64,000 nt of DNA from NCBI GenBank assembly GCA_964500725.1, contig CAZCNP010000001.1:138950-202949 (forward strand). The letters are read 5' to 3'. This document shows positions 18,724 to 28,465 of this stretch, piece by piece. The position numbers and the translations under genes were made by a program. How positions within the stretch are numbered: the stretch's first letter is position 1; each line of letters opens with the position of its first letter. Origin of the DNA: an uncultured Gammaproteobacteria bacterium. Its GTDB lineage: Bacteria > Patescibacteriota > Microgenomatia > Daviesbacterales > UBA10151. The notes below the pieces were generated by a model. That model was not told the origin of the DNA and did no database searches. It worked only from the letters and a program-made list of their open reading frames with translations.

Positions 18724-19380
18724 TTAACTCTTATTAAGTACCACTACTTGTGGTTCCTCAGGCAGCTTCTCTTTGGTGATTGAAAGCTTAGGTTGAGAAA
18801 CTACCCCTTCTGCGCCCGTTTCTTTCAAAAAGCTGTCTGCGCCTTCCAGTTCAAATTTTAATCCTTCAATTTTATAATGCATGGGAATAATAATTTTTGG
18901 CTCAAGTTGGGAAACAATTTCTGAGGCAACTTTAGCATCTGTAGTATAAATGGAACCTACAGGCACAAGTAAAATATCTGTCTGACCAATTTCTACAATT
19001 TGCTCCTCTGTTAACTTGCTTTGTCCTAGATCCCCTAGATGCACAATATCCAAATTATCAAAAAGCAAATGAAAAATAGTATTAGAACCTCTTTCAGACC
19101 CTTGAGAATCATCATGGAATGAGTTTATTCCAGTAATTACTACTCCTGAAACTTCATACTCTCCAGGTTTTTCAAAAACCATCGGTTTGCTTCCGTTTGC
19201 CGTACTGACTGCAGAAACAAAATTATGATCCTGGTGAGGATGGGTTGATAAAACTATATCTGCTTGCAAATCTTTAGGAGCTTTTAATCCAACATAATCT
19301 GGGTTATATGGATCTATGATTACAGTTGCATTTTTGCCTTTTATTTTAAAACATGCCTGACCATACCAATAGATGTCCAT
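18724..19380 (-). CDS. MBL-fold metallo-hydrolase
   Basis: HPHQDHNF, the H-x-H-x-D-H motif. Confidence 0.7.
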   Translation of the reverse strand: MDIYWYGQACFKIKGKNATVIIDPYNPDYVGLKAPKDLQADIVLSTHPHQDHNFVSAVSTANGSKPMVFEKPGEYEVSGVVITGINSFHDDSQGSERGSNTIFHLLFDNLDIVHLGDLGQSKLTEEQIVEIGQTDILLVPVGSIYTTDAKVASEIVSQLEPKIIIPMHYKIEGLKFELEGADSFLKETGAEGVVSQPKLSITKEKLPEEPQVVVLNKS

Positions 19381-19478
19381 TGTTTAAAAGATACTAGCAA
19401 AAAAACAAAACCTAAACAATCCCTCAATATTTTTTGAAGGTGCTTGCTAAATACTTTAGCAAAACGTAAAATATTCCC

Positions 19479-19913
19479 ATGAAGCTAGGGACAAAGCTTT
19501 CCACTAAGTCTTTTATTTTTTCCCATTTATTAATCTTGGTACTAGGCTTAATATTTTTAGGAAGCTTATATTATGTTTTAAATGTTGCCTACCAACCCCC
19601 TAAGAATGATTTTTTAAAAGGGCCTGTTACCTCCCCACCTAAAACTCTTCGGCTAGACCTGGACCAGCCGGAGCAAGATAGTCTATCTTATTCTTCTTCA
19701 ATAATTATTTCTGGAAAAACTAGTCCAAAAAAAGAAGTCTTAGTCTCTACTGATAATAATGATTTTGTCATTGAGTCAAAAATAGATGGCTCATTTTCCA
19801 CTATTTTAAATTTAGAAGAGGGAGTTAACAATATTACCGCTGTAGTATTTGATGCACTAGGAGATTCCAGATCAGCAAGCCGTACAGTCTACTATTCAAA
19901 GGAGAAACTATGA
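19479..19913 (+). CDS. hypothetical secreted/anchored protein
   Basis: N-terminal TM; 4-nt overlap with the next gene. Confidence 0.45.
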   Translation: MKLGTKLSTKSFIFSHLLILVLGLIFLGSLYYVLNVAYQPPKNDFLKGPVTSPPKTLRLDLDQPEQDSLSYSSSIIISGKTSPKKEVLVSTDNNDFVIESKIDGSFSTILNLEEGVNNITAVVFDALGDSRSASRTVYYSKEKL

Positions 19914-20635
19914 GAAAAAAATGTACAATGTATAATTTACAATTTACAATTAAGCTCATTTTGCTGCTCTTTACATTTTACATTTTACATTTTACATTTT
20001 ACATTTCGAGTGCTTCAGCACTCGACTCTACTCCTTCTGCTGATATTAGAGCCAAGCTGGAGGAGCTCAAAAAAGAAATTGCATCAAAAGCTGCTAAATT
20101 GAAACAGGAAGTCAACCGAAAATTAAGAGATAAAGCTTATACAGGAACAGTAAAATCTGCTTCAGAAACTACTTTAACTTTAGCAGCCTCATCTGGACCC
20201 AAAGTAATCAATATAAATCAAGATACCCTTTTTGAAAATGAAACAAAAAGCAAGAAGAAATTTACCAGCTGGGAAAGCATTTCCCAGGAAGATTATTTAG
20301 CAGCTTTAGGGGATATTGATGAAACAGGAGTATTAACAGCCAAAAAAATTATCCTGCTTCCACCTACTATAGAATCTAAAACTTTTCTGTGGGGCAAAAT
20401 TGTCTCTATCTCTGATGAGCTTGTAACTTTAAAAAGCAAAGATTCTAAAAATATTGCTGCATCTTTACCAGATTTATCAGAGGTTAAACTTAATGATTTT
20501 GTTATCCTCACCGGCGCTTTTAATAAAAACGAGCTTTTTGAGACAGAATTTGTATATGTTATCCCCCAAGGTGGAGTTATTAGACCTAAAAAAGTAGCCA
20601 CCCCTTCAGCTTCTCTTAAACCAGCTTCTCGTTAG
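19910..20635 (+). CDS. hypothetical secreted protein; heptanucleotide tandem repeat in the signal-peptide coding region
   Basis: Signal peptide, with (TTTACAT)x5 at 19971-20005 inside the coding region. Confidence 0.45.
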   Translation: MRKKCTMYNLQFTIKLILLLFTFYILHFTFYISSASALDSTPSADIRAKLEELKKEIASKAAKLKQEVNRKLRDKAYTGTVKSASETTLTLAASSGPKVININQDTLFENETKSKKKFTSWESISQEDYLAALGDIDETGVLTAKKIILLPPTIESKTFLWGKIVSISDELVTLKSKDSKNIAASLPDLSEVKLNDFVILTGAFNKNELFETEFVYVIPQGGVIRPKKVATPSASLKPASR

Positions 20636-21698
20636 GAGTTCCTGCTAAACCTTCAACGTACTTTTTAATCTTAGGCACAGAACTCTTTGGACAAACCAAA
20701 AGCACATCTCCCATATTTATAACAAGCATCCCTTCTAAATCTATACCCACTGTAAGCTGACCATTATAATTAAAAACTAAATTATCCTTTGAATCAACAA
20801 GCTCAACATTACCTTTAGTAACATTTTCATCCTCAGTTCCAGCTAAAGCTTCTTTCAAAGCCTCCCAGGCCCCAATATCACTCCAGCCTATATCAACTGA
20901 TAAAACCATTCCATCTGAGGGATCGATCTTTTCTAAAATTGCATTATCAAAGGATATTTTTGCTATTGTGGGATAAACCTCGTTTAATACTTTCTCATAG
21001 TCCTCAGTCTCAACAGCATCTGAAATTTGTTTTAGTTTCCCAAATAAATCAGGGGCAAATTTTTCATACATATTCCATAAGAATTTAGGAGTGGTGACAA
21101 AATAACCTAAATTCCAGGCATGTTTACCATCTTCTAAAAACTTGTTTGCTGTCTGCTCATCAGGCCTGTATTTAAAGGCTTTAAATTCATAAACAGAGGT
21201 TTCCTCTTCTTTTTTTATCTCATCACCAAATTCAATATATCCTAAATTCACACTGGCAAATCTAGGCTTTTGCCCTACAAAAACAATTTTTTGGGGATCC
21301 TGTTCAATTAACTTCCCTGCAGTTTTTAAAGCATTTCTAAACTCTTCTTCTTTTTTAATTAAGTGGTCCCCCCATAAAATAGCTATCTCTTCTTTAGGTA
21401 ACTTTTTTATAAAGTTGGCAATAGTAAGACCTACAGCTGGACCTACATCACGCATGCAAGGCTCAAAAATTAAGTTTTCCTCAGGAATTTGAGGAAATTG
21501 ATCTTTAAGTATGTCTTTATATTGAGCATTGGTGGAGATATAAATATCATTCCAGGAAAAATCTGGTAAAACTTTGGCAATAGAAATTTGAAGCATTGAT
21601 TTATTATCAACAATCTTTTCAAACTGTTTAGGGGTATTTTTTCTTGAGAGCGGCCAAAGCCTTGTTCCTACTCCCCCTGCAAAAACTACAATTTTCAT
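20616..21698 (-). CDS. sugar-phosphate nucleotidyltransferase (mannose-1-phosphate guanylyltransferase-like)
   Basis: MKIVVFAGGVGTRLWPLSR...KQF glycosyltransferase-A-fold NTase N-terminus; the ORF track extends to 21743, but the Met at 21698 fits the family N-terminus. Confidence 0.7.
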   Translation of the reverse strand: MKIVVFAGGVGTRLWPLSRKNTPKQFEKIVDNKSMLQISIAKVLPDFSWNDIYISTNAQYKDILKDQFPQIPEENLIFEPCMRDVGPAVGLTIANFIKKLPKEEIAILWGDHLIKKEEEFRNALKTAGKLIEQDPQKIVFVGQKPRFASVNLGYIEFGDEIKKEEETSVYEFKAFKYRPDEQTANKFLEDGKHAWNLGYFVTTPKFLWNMYEKFAPDLFGKLKQISDAVETEDYEKVLNEVYPTIAKISFDNAILEKIDPSDGMVLSVDIGWSDIGAWEALKEALAGTEDENVTKGNVELVDSKDNLVFNYNGQLTVGIDLEGMLVINMGDVLLVCPKSSVPKIKKYVEGLAGTPNEKLV

Positions 21699-21827
21699 AA
21701 TTACAAATAATTTTTCCTTAAACTCTAAAATGAAAATAGTCAACGTCTATTTTCATCCCCTTTAATATACCATAACTTTTATAGTTCTTCGAGCAATTAA
21801 GCAGGAATCTTTATAGGGAATTAGTGA

Positions 21828-22541
21828 CTATTTTCCTCTCTCTGCGATGTCTGCTATTGCAAAATTGCTGTCAAAATAAGACCTGAAGAAAATATCAACT
21901 TTATCCCCTAGTGGCTCATCCTGACCTTCTACTACCACCAGTGCATCTGCTTTTCTATAACCTACTAGCATACAAAACCTGGAAAGTCCTCTCAATGATT
22001 CATCCAAAATTCTGTTACTAGGCATGTTATCTGTGTAGGGATCCCATGATTCTGTTGCTGGTGGAGTAAATAGAGTTGGCACCATTAAACATTCTGGATT
22101 AATTCCCAAATACCCTCGGGGAACACCTTGCTTTTCTACACTCATGAATTTTAATGTTCCCACCAACCTATCCCGAGGGCTAATTTTTTGCAGCTCACCA
22201 GCCAGCTTAACAAGATCAATCCTATCGGAGTATTTCACTACTGCTACTACAGCATTGGGCATGCTTTGTCCGCTTAAAGGTGCATCAGCAGCAAACATAG
22301 ATTTTAGTTGTTCTTCGCGAGCTGTACTTGTTACCAGAGCGCAATAGTTAATGAAATCTTCTCCTGGTGAAACCTTAGCATGATCGGCATAAAGATCAGA
22401 ATAAGAAAAGACCCTTATTCCTAAACCAACTTTTTGAGCAGATTTTACCGCCTCTCTGGCAGGCTTAATAGAATATCCATCTAAAGCTACTTTAGCAATT
22501 CCTGGAGGCGTATTTCTAAAATATTCAAAGTCAACTTTCAT
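21828..22541 (-). CDS. hypothetical protein
   Basis: 237-aa ORF with good coding character; no family recognised. Confidence 0.5.
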   Translation of the reverse strand: MKVDFEYFRNTPPGIAKVALDGYSIKPAREAVKSAQKVGLGIRVFSYSDLYADHAKVSPGEDFINYCALVTSTAREEQLKSMFAADAPLSGQSMPNAVVAVVKYSDRIDLVKLAGELQKISPRDRLVGTLKFMSVEKQGVPRGYLGINPECLMVPTLFTPPATESWDPYTDNMPSNRILDESLRGLSRFCMLVGYRKADALVVVEGQDEPLGDKVDIFFRSYFDSNFAIADIAERGK

Positions 22542-22572
22542 TAGTAGCTAATTATATCCTATATACCCCATA

Positions 22573-22606
22573 GTTGACAAGCTTAAAAATTGTGATATAC
22601 TAATTA
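22573..22606 (+). promoter_or_regulatory. sigma70-like promoter (TTGACA-16-TATACT)
   Basis: TTGACAagcttaaaaattgtgaTATACT. Confidence 0.5.
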
Positions 22607-22607
22607 C

Positions 22608-22795
22608 ACAACTTAATATTTTAAAAGCGTTTGTATAGGAGTCACGATCCTAAAGCTGAGAGCCAAATACTCTACGGAAGTTTAACCGTTAAATAAAACA
22701 GACGATGTTGGAAAACCAAAGTCGCCACTAAGAGTTCTTAGAAAGTAATTTTTAAGAAAAACAGGATGGGACCGCGGGAGGTCCTTTTTTAATAC
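22608..22795 (+). promoter_or_regulatory. candidate T-box riboswitch leader ending in an intrinsic terminator, upstream of hisS
   Basis: F-box-like CCGTTA at 22686-22691. T-box-like AAAACAGGATGGGACCGCGG at 22757-22776 (compare AAUUAGGGUGGNACCGCG). Hairpin GGACC-gcggga-GGTCC followed by TTTTTT at 22769-22790. Confidence 0.4.
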
Positions 22796-22860
22796 AAAAA
22801 AAGATAACTCTCGTTCCTTGTTCATTACATTTGTAGTGGGCAAAGAATGGGAGTTTTTAA

Positions 22861-23058
22861 ATGGAAAAATTTAATGGTAGACCATCTATTTCAGAAATAT
22901 TTGACGCTCTTACAAGTGAGGAGACAACTCCTGATTGGGACACTCAAATATTGAGGGAAGCTGATGGCAGGTATGTAGAAAGAATAAGGGATGTTTTAAA
23001 CATAGGCTTACCTTTAGGTGAAGCAAGGATTGCATTAAGAGGCTTAGAAGAAAGATAG
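22861..23058 (+). CDS. small ORF (65 aa) between leader and hisS, doubtful
   Basis: Only an ORF-track call; acidic, with no SD sequence; could be non-coding leader sequence. Confidence 0.2.
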   Translation: MEKFNGRPSISEIFDALTSEETTPDWDTQILREADGRYVERIRDVLNIGLPLGEARIALRGLEER

Positions 23059-23113
23059 AAAGAAGGGAATAATTTTACAGTTGCAGCTAAAGTTGTTAAG
23101 ATGGGAGAATATT

Positions 23114-24355
23114 ATGATTAAAGCTCAGACATTAAAAGGATTTAGGGATTTTTTACCTGGTGAGGCCAGGAAAAGACAGTATGTTCAAAATATATTAAAA
23201 AGTGTTTTTGAATCATATGGTTTTGAACCTTTGGAAACCCCTGCTTTGGAGTATGAAGAAATACTTTTGGGCAAATATGGTGAGGAAGGTGATAAGCTAA
23301 TGTACCGTTTTACAGATAATGGAGACAGAAGAGTTGCTTTAAGATATGATCAAACAGTACCCTTGGCAAGAGTGATAGCAGAGTATGGGGATAAACTCCC
23401 TACTCCATTTAAAAGATACCAAATCCAACCTGTCTGGAGAGCTGAAAATACTCAAAAAGGAAGGTTTAGAGAATTTTTACAGTGTGATATAGACACAGTT
23501 GGCTCCAACTCCCCTCTTTCTGATGCAGAAATTATTGCCTGCACAATTCAATCATTAGAAAAATTAGGATTTGAAAATTGCAAAATCCTAGTAAATGACA
23601 GGGTAATCTTTTCCCAGCTTACCACCAAAACTGCTATTACTGAACAACAACTTCCAGCTGTAATAAGAATTTTAGATAAATTAAAAAAGATTGGCAGAGA
23701 AGGAGTAATAAATGAATTAGGAAAGATTGGATTTGGCAGTGAAAGAGCCACAAATATCTTACAAACAGTAGAAACTTATCCTCCTACTCAAAACTTACAA
23801 GCTGTTTTTCAACTTTTAGAACAAATGGGGATATCAAAAGAAAAATATGAATTCTCTCCTACTCTTGCAAGAGGATTAGACTACTACACAGGTTTAATTT
23901 TTGAAGCTGAAATTGAAGGTTACACTGCTGGATCAGTAGCAGGCGGCGGTAGATATGATAAGTTGGTAGGTATGTTCAGCGGTAAAGATATCCCGGCAGT
24001 AGGACTTGCTTATGGATTTGACCGCATAGTTGAGGCTATGACTGAATTAAATCTCTTCCCTGCCGAGCTTTCTACTACAAAAGTTTTAGTAACAGTATTT
24101 TCTCCTGACCTTTTAGATAAATCTTTAGAGGTAAGCTCTCTTTTGCGTTCAAATAATATAAATACTGAAATCTGGCTAAATACTGAGGCTAAACTAGAAA
24201 AGCAGTTAAAATATGCAGACCAAAAAGGGATACCCTTTGTAATTATCATTGGCTCCGAGGAAGCAAACTCTGGAAAAGTAATGTTAAAAAACCTTAGCAC
24301 CAAAGAGCAGCAAGCTCTAACCCTTGACGAAGTGATAGCAGAACTGTCATCCTAA
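23114..24355 (+). CDS. hisS: histidine--tRNA ligase
   Basis: Class II aaRS motifs (GFRDFLPGE..., RYDQTVPLAR, GGGRYD); GGGAGA SD 5 nt before the ATG at 23114. The ORF-track start at 23081 is probably too long. Confidence 0.9.
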   Translation: MIKAQTLKGFRDFLPGEARKRQYVQNILKSVFESYGFEPLETPALEYEEILLGKYGEEGDKLMYRFTDNGDRRVALRYDQTVPLARVIAEYGDKLPTPFKRYQIQPVWRAENTQKGRFREFLQCDIDTVGSNSPLSDAEIIACTIQSLEKLGFENCKILVNDRVIFSQLTTKTAITEQQLPAVIRILDKLKKIGREGVINELGKIGFGSERATNILQTVETYPPTQNLQAVFQLLEQMGISKEKYEFSPTLARGLDYYTGLIFEAEIEGYTAGSVAGGGRYDKLVGMFSGKDIPAVGLAYGFDRIVEAMTELNLFPAELSTTKVLVTVFSPDLLDKSLEVSSLLRSNNINTEIWLNTEAKLEKQLKYADQKGIPFVIIIGSEEANSGKVMLKNLSTKEQQALTLDEVIAELSS

Positions 24356-24371
24356 AAAAGAACCCATTTAA

Positions 24372-25310
24372 ATGAGCTCTCAAATTCTCACAAAACCTAT
24401 ACCTTACCTGGCTTTAATCCTTGCTCATCTAATCTGGGGTATTAATTTTATTGTTGCTAAAGTTACTCTGCAGGAGTTTCCCCCAATGAGCCTGGCTTTT
24501 TTAAGATTTGCCCTAGCTTCCCTGCTTTTGGCTCCTTTTTTCCTGGCCCAAACCAAAAAAGTAAAAATTGATAAAGCAGATTTGCCTAAACTTATCACCA
24601 TAGGCCTTTTTGTTATTACTTTAAACATCACCTTTTTCTTTGAAGGCATCAAAAGGACCAGTGTAGTAGATGCTTCAGTTCTAACTCTAATTATCCCAAT
24701 GTTATCTGTGCTTCTAGGCTGGTGGTTTTTAAAAGAAAAGGTATTTCTTGTTAATCTTTTAGGCATAGCTTTAGGTCTTATAGGAGCCCTGGTAATAGTA
24801 GGTCTTCCTCAAGTATTTACTGGTAGTATTTCCTCTCAAACTTTGACAGGTAATTTATTTATTGTATTAGCAGCCACATCCTGGGTAATTGGGGCAACTA
24901 TTTCTAAAAAAGTCTTAAAAAAATACCCTTCTTTGATAGTAACAGCCATAGCTTTTTTAGTTGGGATGATCAGTATGTTCATCCCTGCTGTTATAGAATA
25001 CCTGCAAAATCCCACCTGGGTTTATCAAGTAACAATCTTGGGAATATTAGGTCTAACTTTTATGACCTTACTTTCTTCTATTTCTGCCTATTTCCTTTTT
25101 GAATGGGGTTTGTCCAATACATCAATAATTGTGGCTGACTTGTTCCAGTATATAGAACCATTTATTGCTTCAACCCTGGCAGTTTTGGTCTTGGGAGAGG
25201 TAATTTCCAGCCAATTTATAGCAGGAGGAGCCCTGATTGCAATAGGAGCATATTTAGGCACTCTGGCCAAAGAAGCTCATCATAGGCATCATAAGGCTCA
25301 TAGAGTCTAG
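24372..25310 (+). CDS. EamA/DMT-superfamily transporter
   Basis: 312 aa, 10 TM, two-repeat architecture. Confidence 0.7.
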   Translation: MSSQILTKPIPYLALILAHLIWGINFIVAKVTLQEFPPMSLAFLRFALASLLLAPFFLAQTKKVKIDKADLPKLITIGLFVITLNITFFFEGIKRTSVVDASVLTLIIPMLSVLLGWWFLKEKVFLVNLLGIALGLIGALVIVGLPQVFTGSISSQTLTGNLFIVLAATSWVIGATISKKVLKKYPSLIVTAIAFLVGMISMFIPAVIEYLQNPTWVYQVTILGILGLTFMTLLSSISAYFLFEWGLSNTSIIVADLFQYIEPFIASTLAVLVLGEVISSQFIAGGALIAIGAYLGTLAKEAHHRHHKAHRV

Positions 25311-25345
25311 ACTCTAGCCATTATTTTTGTTATACTATCCTGCAT

Positions 25346-25672
25346 ATGAAAGCTAATATACATCCAACTTGGTATTCAGAGGCAAAAGTAACCTGCGCTT
25401 GTAGTAATACATTTACCACAGGGTCAACATTGCCTGCTATTCGCGTGGAAATCTGCAGCAATTGCCATCCACTTTTTACTGGTCAGCAAAAATTTATTGA
25501 TACTTTAGGCCAAGTAGACAGATTTATCAAAAAAACTGAAACTTCTAAAGTAAAACAGGAAGAAAGAAAGAAAATATTGGAAAATAGAAAATCTAGAGTA
25601 GAAGAAAAGAAAAAAGACAGACCAACCCTAAAAGACCTACTTATGCAGGCCCGCAAACAAGTCTCTTCTTAA
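25346..25672 (+). CDS. rpmE: 50S ribosomal protein L31 (Zn-ribbon type) with Lys-rich C-terminal extension
   Basis: MKANIHP...CACSN...[12 protein letters not shown]. Confidence 0.85.
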   Translation: MKANIHPTWYSEAKVTCACSNTFTTGSTLPAIRVEICSNCHPLFTGQQKFIDTLGQVDRFIKKTETSKVKQEERKKILENRKSRVEEKKKDRPTLKDLLMQARKQVSS

Positions 25673-25675
25673 ATC

Positions 25676-26656
25676 GTGGATACTAATTACCTAAAAGAAC
25701 AAATTGATCAAATCAGCAAAAGAATCGAAGAAGTCAAACCTCTTTTGCAGGATCCAGAAATGGCTGAACTGGCAGCAGCAGAAATTAAAGAGCTTGAGCA
25801 ACAAAAACGAGCATTAATGTCTACTGACTACAGTCTACCGTCTACTGCAACTGCGGAAGTCGGCAGTCGGAAGTCGGAAGACGGTATTAACCCTAATGTG
25901 GCTATCATGGAAATTAGAAGTGCTGCTGGTGGTGATGAAGCAGGACTATTTGCACAAGACTTAGTTAGAATGTATAGCAGATTTGCCCAAAACTCCGGCT
26001 GGAAAACTGAAGAGTTAGACAGGTCCGAAGGTAAGCTGGGACAAATCAAAGAGTTAGTTTTAAAAATAACAGGCAAAGGCTCGTACACTAACTTAAAGTA
26101 TGAGTCTGGAGTCCATAGGGTCCAAAGAGTGCCTGTAACTGAATCTTCTGGAAGAATTCATACATCAACTGCAACTGTGGCTGTACTACCTCAAGTTACA
26201 GAAGCTCAAGTCTTTATCAATCCTGCAGATATTGAATTTGAAGCTTTTAGATCAGGAGGGGCAGGAGGACAAAATGTTAATAAAGTTTCAACAGCTGTCA
26301 GACTTACTCATAAACCCACTGGCATAATAGTTACCTGCCAAACTGAAAGATCACAATTGCAAAATAGGGAAAATGCTCTGTCTCTTCTTCGTTCAAGAAT
26401 ATGGGAAATTGAACAGCAAAAAGTAGTTGGAGATATTACCCAACAAAGAGCCATCCAAGTTGGGAGCGGTGATAGATCAGAGAAAATCAGAACTTATAAT
26501 TTCCCTCAAAATAGAGTCACAGACCACAGGATTGGTAAATCCTGGCATAACTTGGATAGAATCTTAGAGGGAGATATAACTGCTATATTTGAAGCTCTAC
26601 AGCAGGCAGAACAAGAACTTAAGGATGACAAAGCAACAGCCGACAACCAACCTTGA
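25676..26656 (+). CDS. prfA: peptide chain release factor 1
   Basis: [21 protein letters not shown]; PVT-type region; GTG start; carries a short insertion encoded by a GTCGGAA-type mini-repeat at 25848-25885. Confidence 0.9.
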   Translation: MDTNYLKEQIDQISKRIEEVKPLLQDPEMAELAAAEIKELEQQKRALMSTDYSLPSTATAEVGSRKSEDGINPNVAIMEIRSAAGGDEAGLFAQDLVRMYSRFAQNSGWKTEELDRSEGKLGQIKELVLKITGKGSYTNLKYESGVHRVQRVPVTESSGRIHTSTATVAVLPQVTEAQVFINPADIEFEAFRSGGAGGQNVNKVSTAVRLTHKPTGIIVTCQTERSQLQNRENALSLLRSRIWEIEQQKVVGDITQQRAIQVGSGDRSEKIRTYNFPQNRVTDHRIGKSWHNLDRILEGDITAIFEALQQAEQELKDDKATADNQP

Positions 26657-27344
26657 GTCTAATACCCCAATCCAATATCAAAAATGTTGGGTTGAATTTT
26701 ACAAACTTAAATTTAAAGTTACCCCTGATGTTTTAATCCCCCGTCCTGAAACAGAACTTTTGGTAGATGAGGTATTAAAAGCAGTTAAGAATACAGAGTT
26801 AAAAGTTAAGAAAAAAATCGTTATCATTGATGTAGGAACAGGAGCTGGAAATATTGCTATTTCTATTGCTAAAAATACTCCCTCTAGTATTAAAATTTTA
26901 GCAAGTGATAAATCTGCTGCTGCTTTAAAAATAGCCCAAAGTAATTCCAAACTAAATGGAGTTGAAAAACAGATAGACTTTATTAATAGTAATTTACTGT
27001 CTAATATCAACTGTAAACTGCCAACTGTAAACTGCCAACTCATTATAGTTACCAACCTCCCGTACATTCCTGCAGCCAGAATTCCCTACTTGGACTCATC
27101 AGTTAAAGATTATGAGCCCCATATTGCTTTAGATGGCGGAGAAGATGGCTTTGAGCTTTATAGAGAACTATTTGCCCAAATTAAACAAAAAAGTCTTAAG
27201 CCTAATTTAATTATTGGAGAAATTGACTATACCCATGGAGAATTAGCTGTCAATGAAGCCCAAAAATATTTTCCTGAAGCTTCAGTTGAAGTTAAAAAAG
27301 ATCTAGCCCATCTGCAAAGGATCTTAACTATTAAAAACTATTGA
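26589..27344 (+). CDS. prmC: release-factor glutamine N5-methyltransferase (short form)
   Basis: [16 protein letters not shown] motif I and VTNLPYIP (NPPY-type); the start is uncertain because the ORF-track start overlaps the prfA 3' end. Confidence 0.65.
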   Translation: MKLYSRQNKNLRMTKQQPTTNLESNTPIQYQKCWVEFYKLKFKVTPDVLIPRPETELLVDEVLKAVKNTELKVKKKIVIIDVGTGAGNIAISIAKNTPSSIKILASDKSAAALKIAQSNSKLNGVEKQIDFINSNLLSNINCKLPTVNCQLIIVTNLPYIPAARIPYLDSSVKDYEPHIALDGGEDGFELYRELFAQIKQKSLKPNLIIGEIDYTHGELAVNEAQKYFPEASVEVKKDLAHLQRILTIKNY

Positions 27345-28465
27345 TTCGGAAGTTCTTGCAAAGTAGCTATTACTGCTCTTTCTTTACCATCATTCCAAAC
27401 TGTCATATTTAGCTTATCTCCTATTTTTTTACTTGTTATAGTTTGGGAAATTTTATTCTCCTCAGTTACTGATTGCCCATCAATTTTGGTAATAATATCT
27501 CCCTCTTGTAAACCAGCCTGATCTGCTGAGGAATCTGGGACTACTTCCTGAATATATGCCCCTTGGGGCACCTCATTCATAATAGCCACATCCCTGGAGA
27601 TAAATCTATATCTAATCCCTAAAACTGGCCTGGAAACAGAACCAGTTTTAATAAACTCATCTGTTATTTTTTTAACCGAATTTATAGGCACTGCAAACCC
27701 AATATTTTGAGCTCCTTCAGTGGTAGCCACATTTACCCCAATTACTTGACCTGCAGAATTTAACAGTGGCCCCCCTGAATTACCAGGATTAATAGCAGCA
27801 TCTGTTTGAATTAAATCATCCAAAGCTTCAGATGAACCTGAAAAAGGATCTCCAGCTACCACTCTTCTGCCAACCCCAGAAACTACTCCTGTTGTCACAG
27901 TATTAGTAAACTTTCCTAAAGCATTTCCTATTGCTATAACTGTTTGGCCTATTTTTAATTTAGAAGAATCTCCTAGTTCTAAAGATTTTAAATCACTGCC
28001 GTCTACCTGCACTACCGCCAAATCTAAAACTGGATCCCTATAAATTTTCCTAATCTCATACTTTTTACCATCCCTGGTAACAACTGAATATTTAACATCT
28101 GTATCTGAAACAACATGTTTATTAGTTACAATAATCCCTTTATCAGAAACTACAAAGCCTGTACCAATGGTGGTATTTTGGCTTCTTGGAACTGAAAAAG
28201 GATCAAAAGGATTAAAAACACGTTGTGTTGCCCCAATTGCTACTACAGATGGTGAAACTTTTTCAGCTACATCAATTACAGCATTCTCTTCTGAAACTAT
28301 TTTTCTTGTTTCTAAGATACCTGGCTGTGGCAACTTATCACTAATTGTCCCAGGAAGCAAACCTCTAACTTGAGCCTGGTATAGCCCAACAGCCACTACC
28401 ACTCCTAAAGCTATGCTAATAACTATTCCAGATAAACTTGGTCTTGGTAATTTTGAATAATCCAT
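27338..28465 (-). CDS. htrA: HtrA/DegP-family serine protease with PDZ domain
   Basis: TNKHVV, catalytic D, and GNSGGPL; C-terminal PDZ; N-terminal TM. Confidence 0.85.
   Translation of the reverse strand: MDYSKLPRPSLSGIVISIALGVVVAVGLYQAQVRGLLPGTISDKLPQPGILETRKIVSEENAVIDVAEKVSPSVVAIGATQRVFNPFDPFSVPRSQNTTIGTGFVVSDKGIIVTNKHVVSDTDVKYSVVTRDGKKYEIRKIYRDPVLDLAVVQVDGSDLKSLELGDSSKLKIGQTVIAIGNALGKFTNTVTTGVVSGVGRRVVAGDPFSGSSEALDDLIQTDAAINPGNSGGPLLNSAGQVIGVNVATTEGAQNIGFAVPINSVKKITDEFIKTGSVSRPVLGIRYRFISRDVAIMNEVPQGAYIQEVVPDSSADQAGLQEGDIITKIDGQSVTEENKISQTITSKKIGDKLNMTVWNDGKERAVIATLQELPNQ

Noticed and set aside
23081-23113. Longer hisS start (MQLKLLRWENIM...)
   Set aside because: A GGGAGA Shine-Dalgarno sequence lies 5 nt upstream of the ATG at 23114, and MIKAQTLKGFRDF matches HisRS N-termini.
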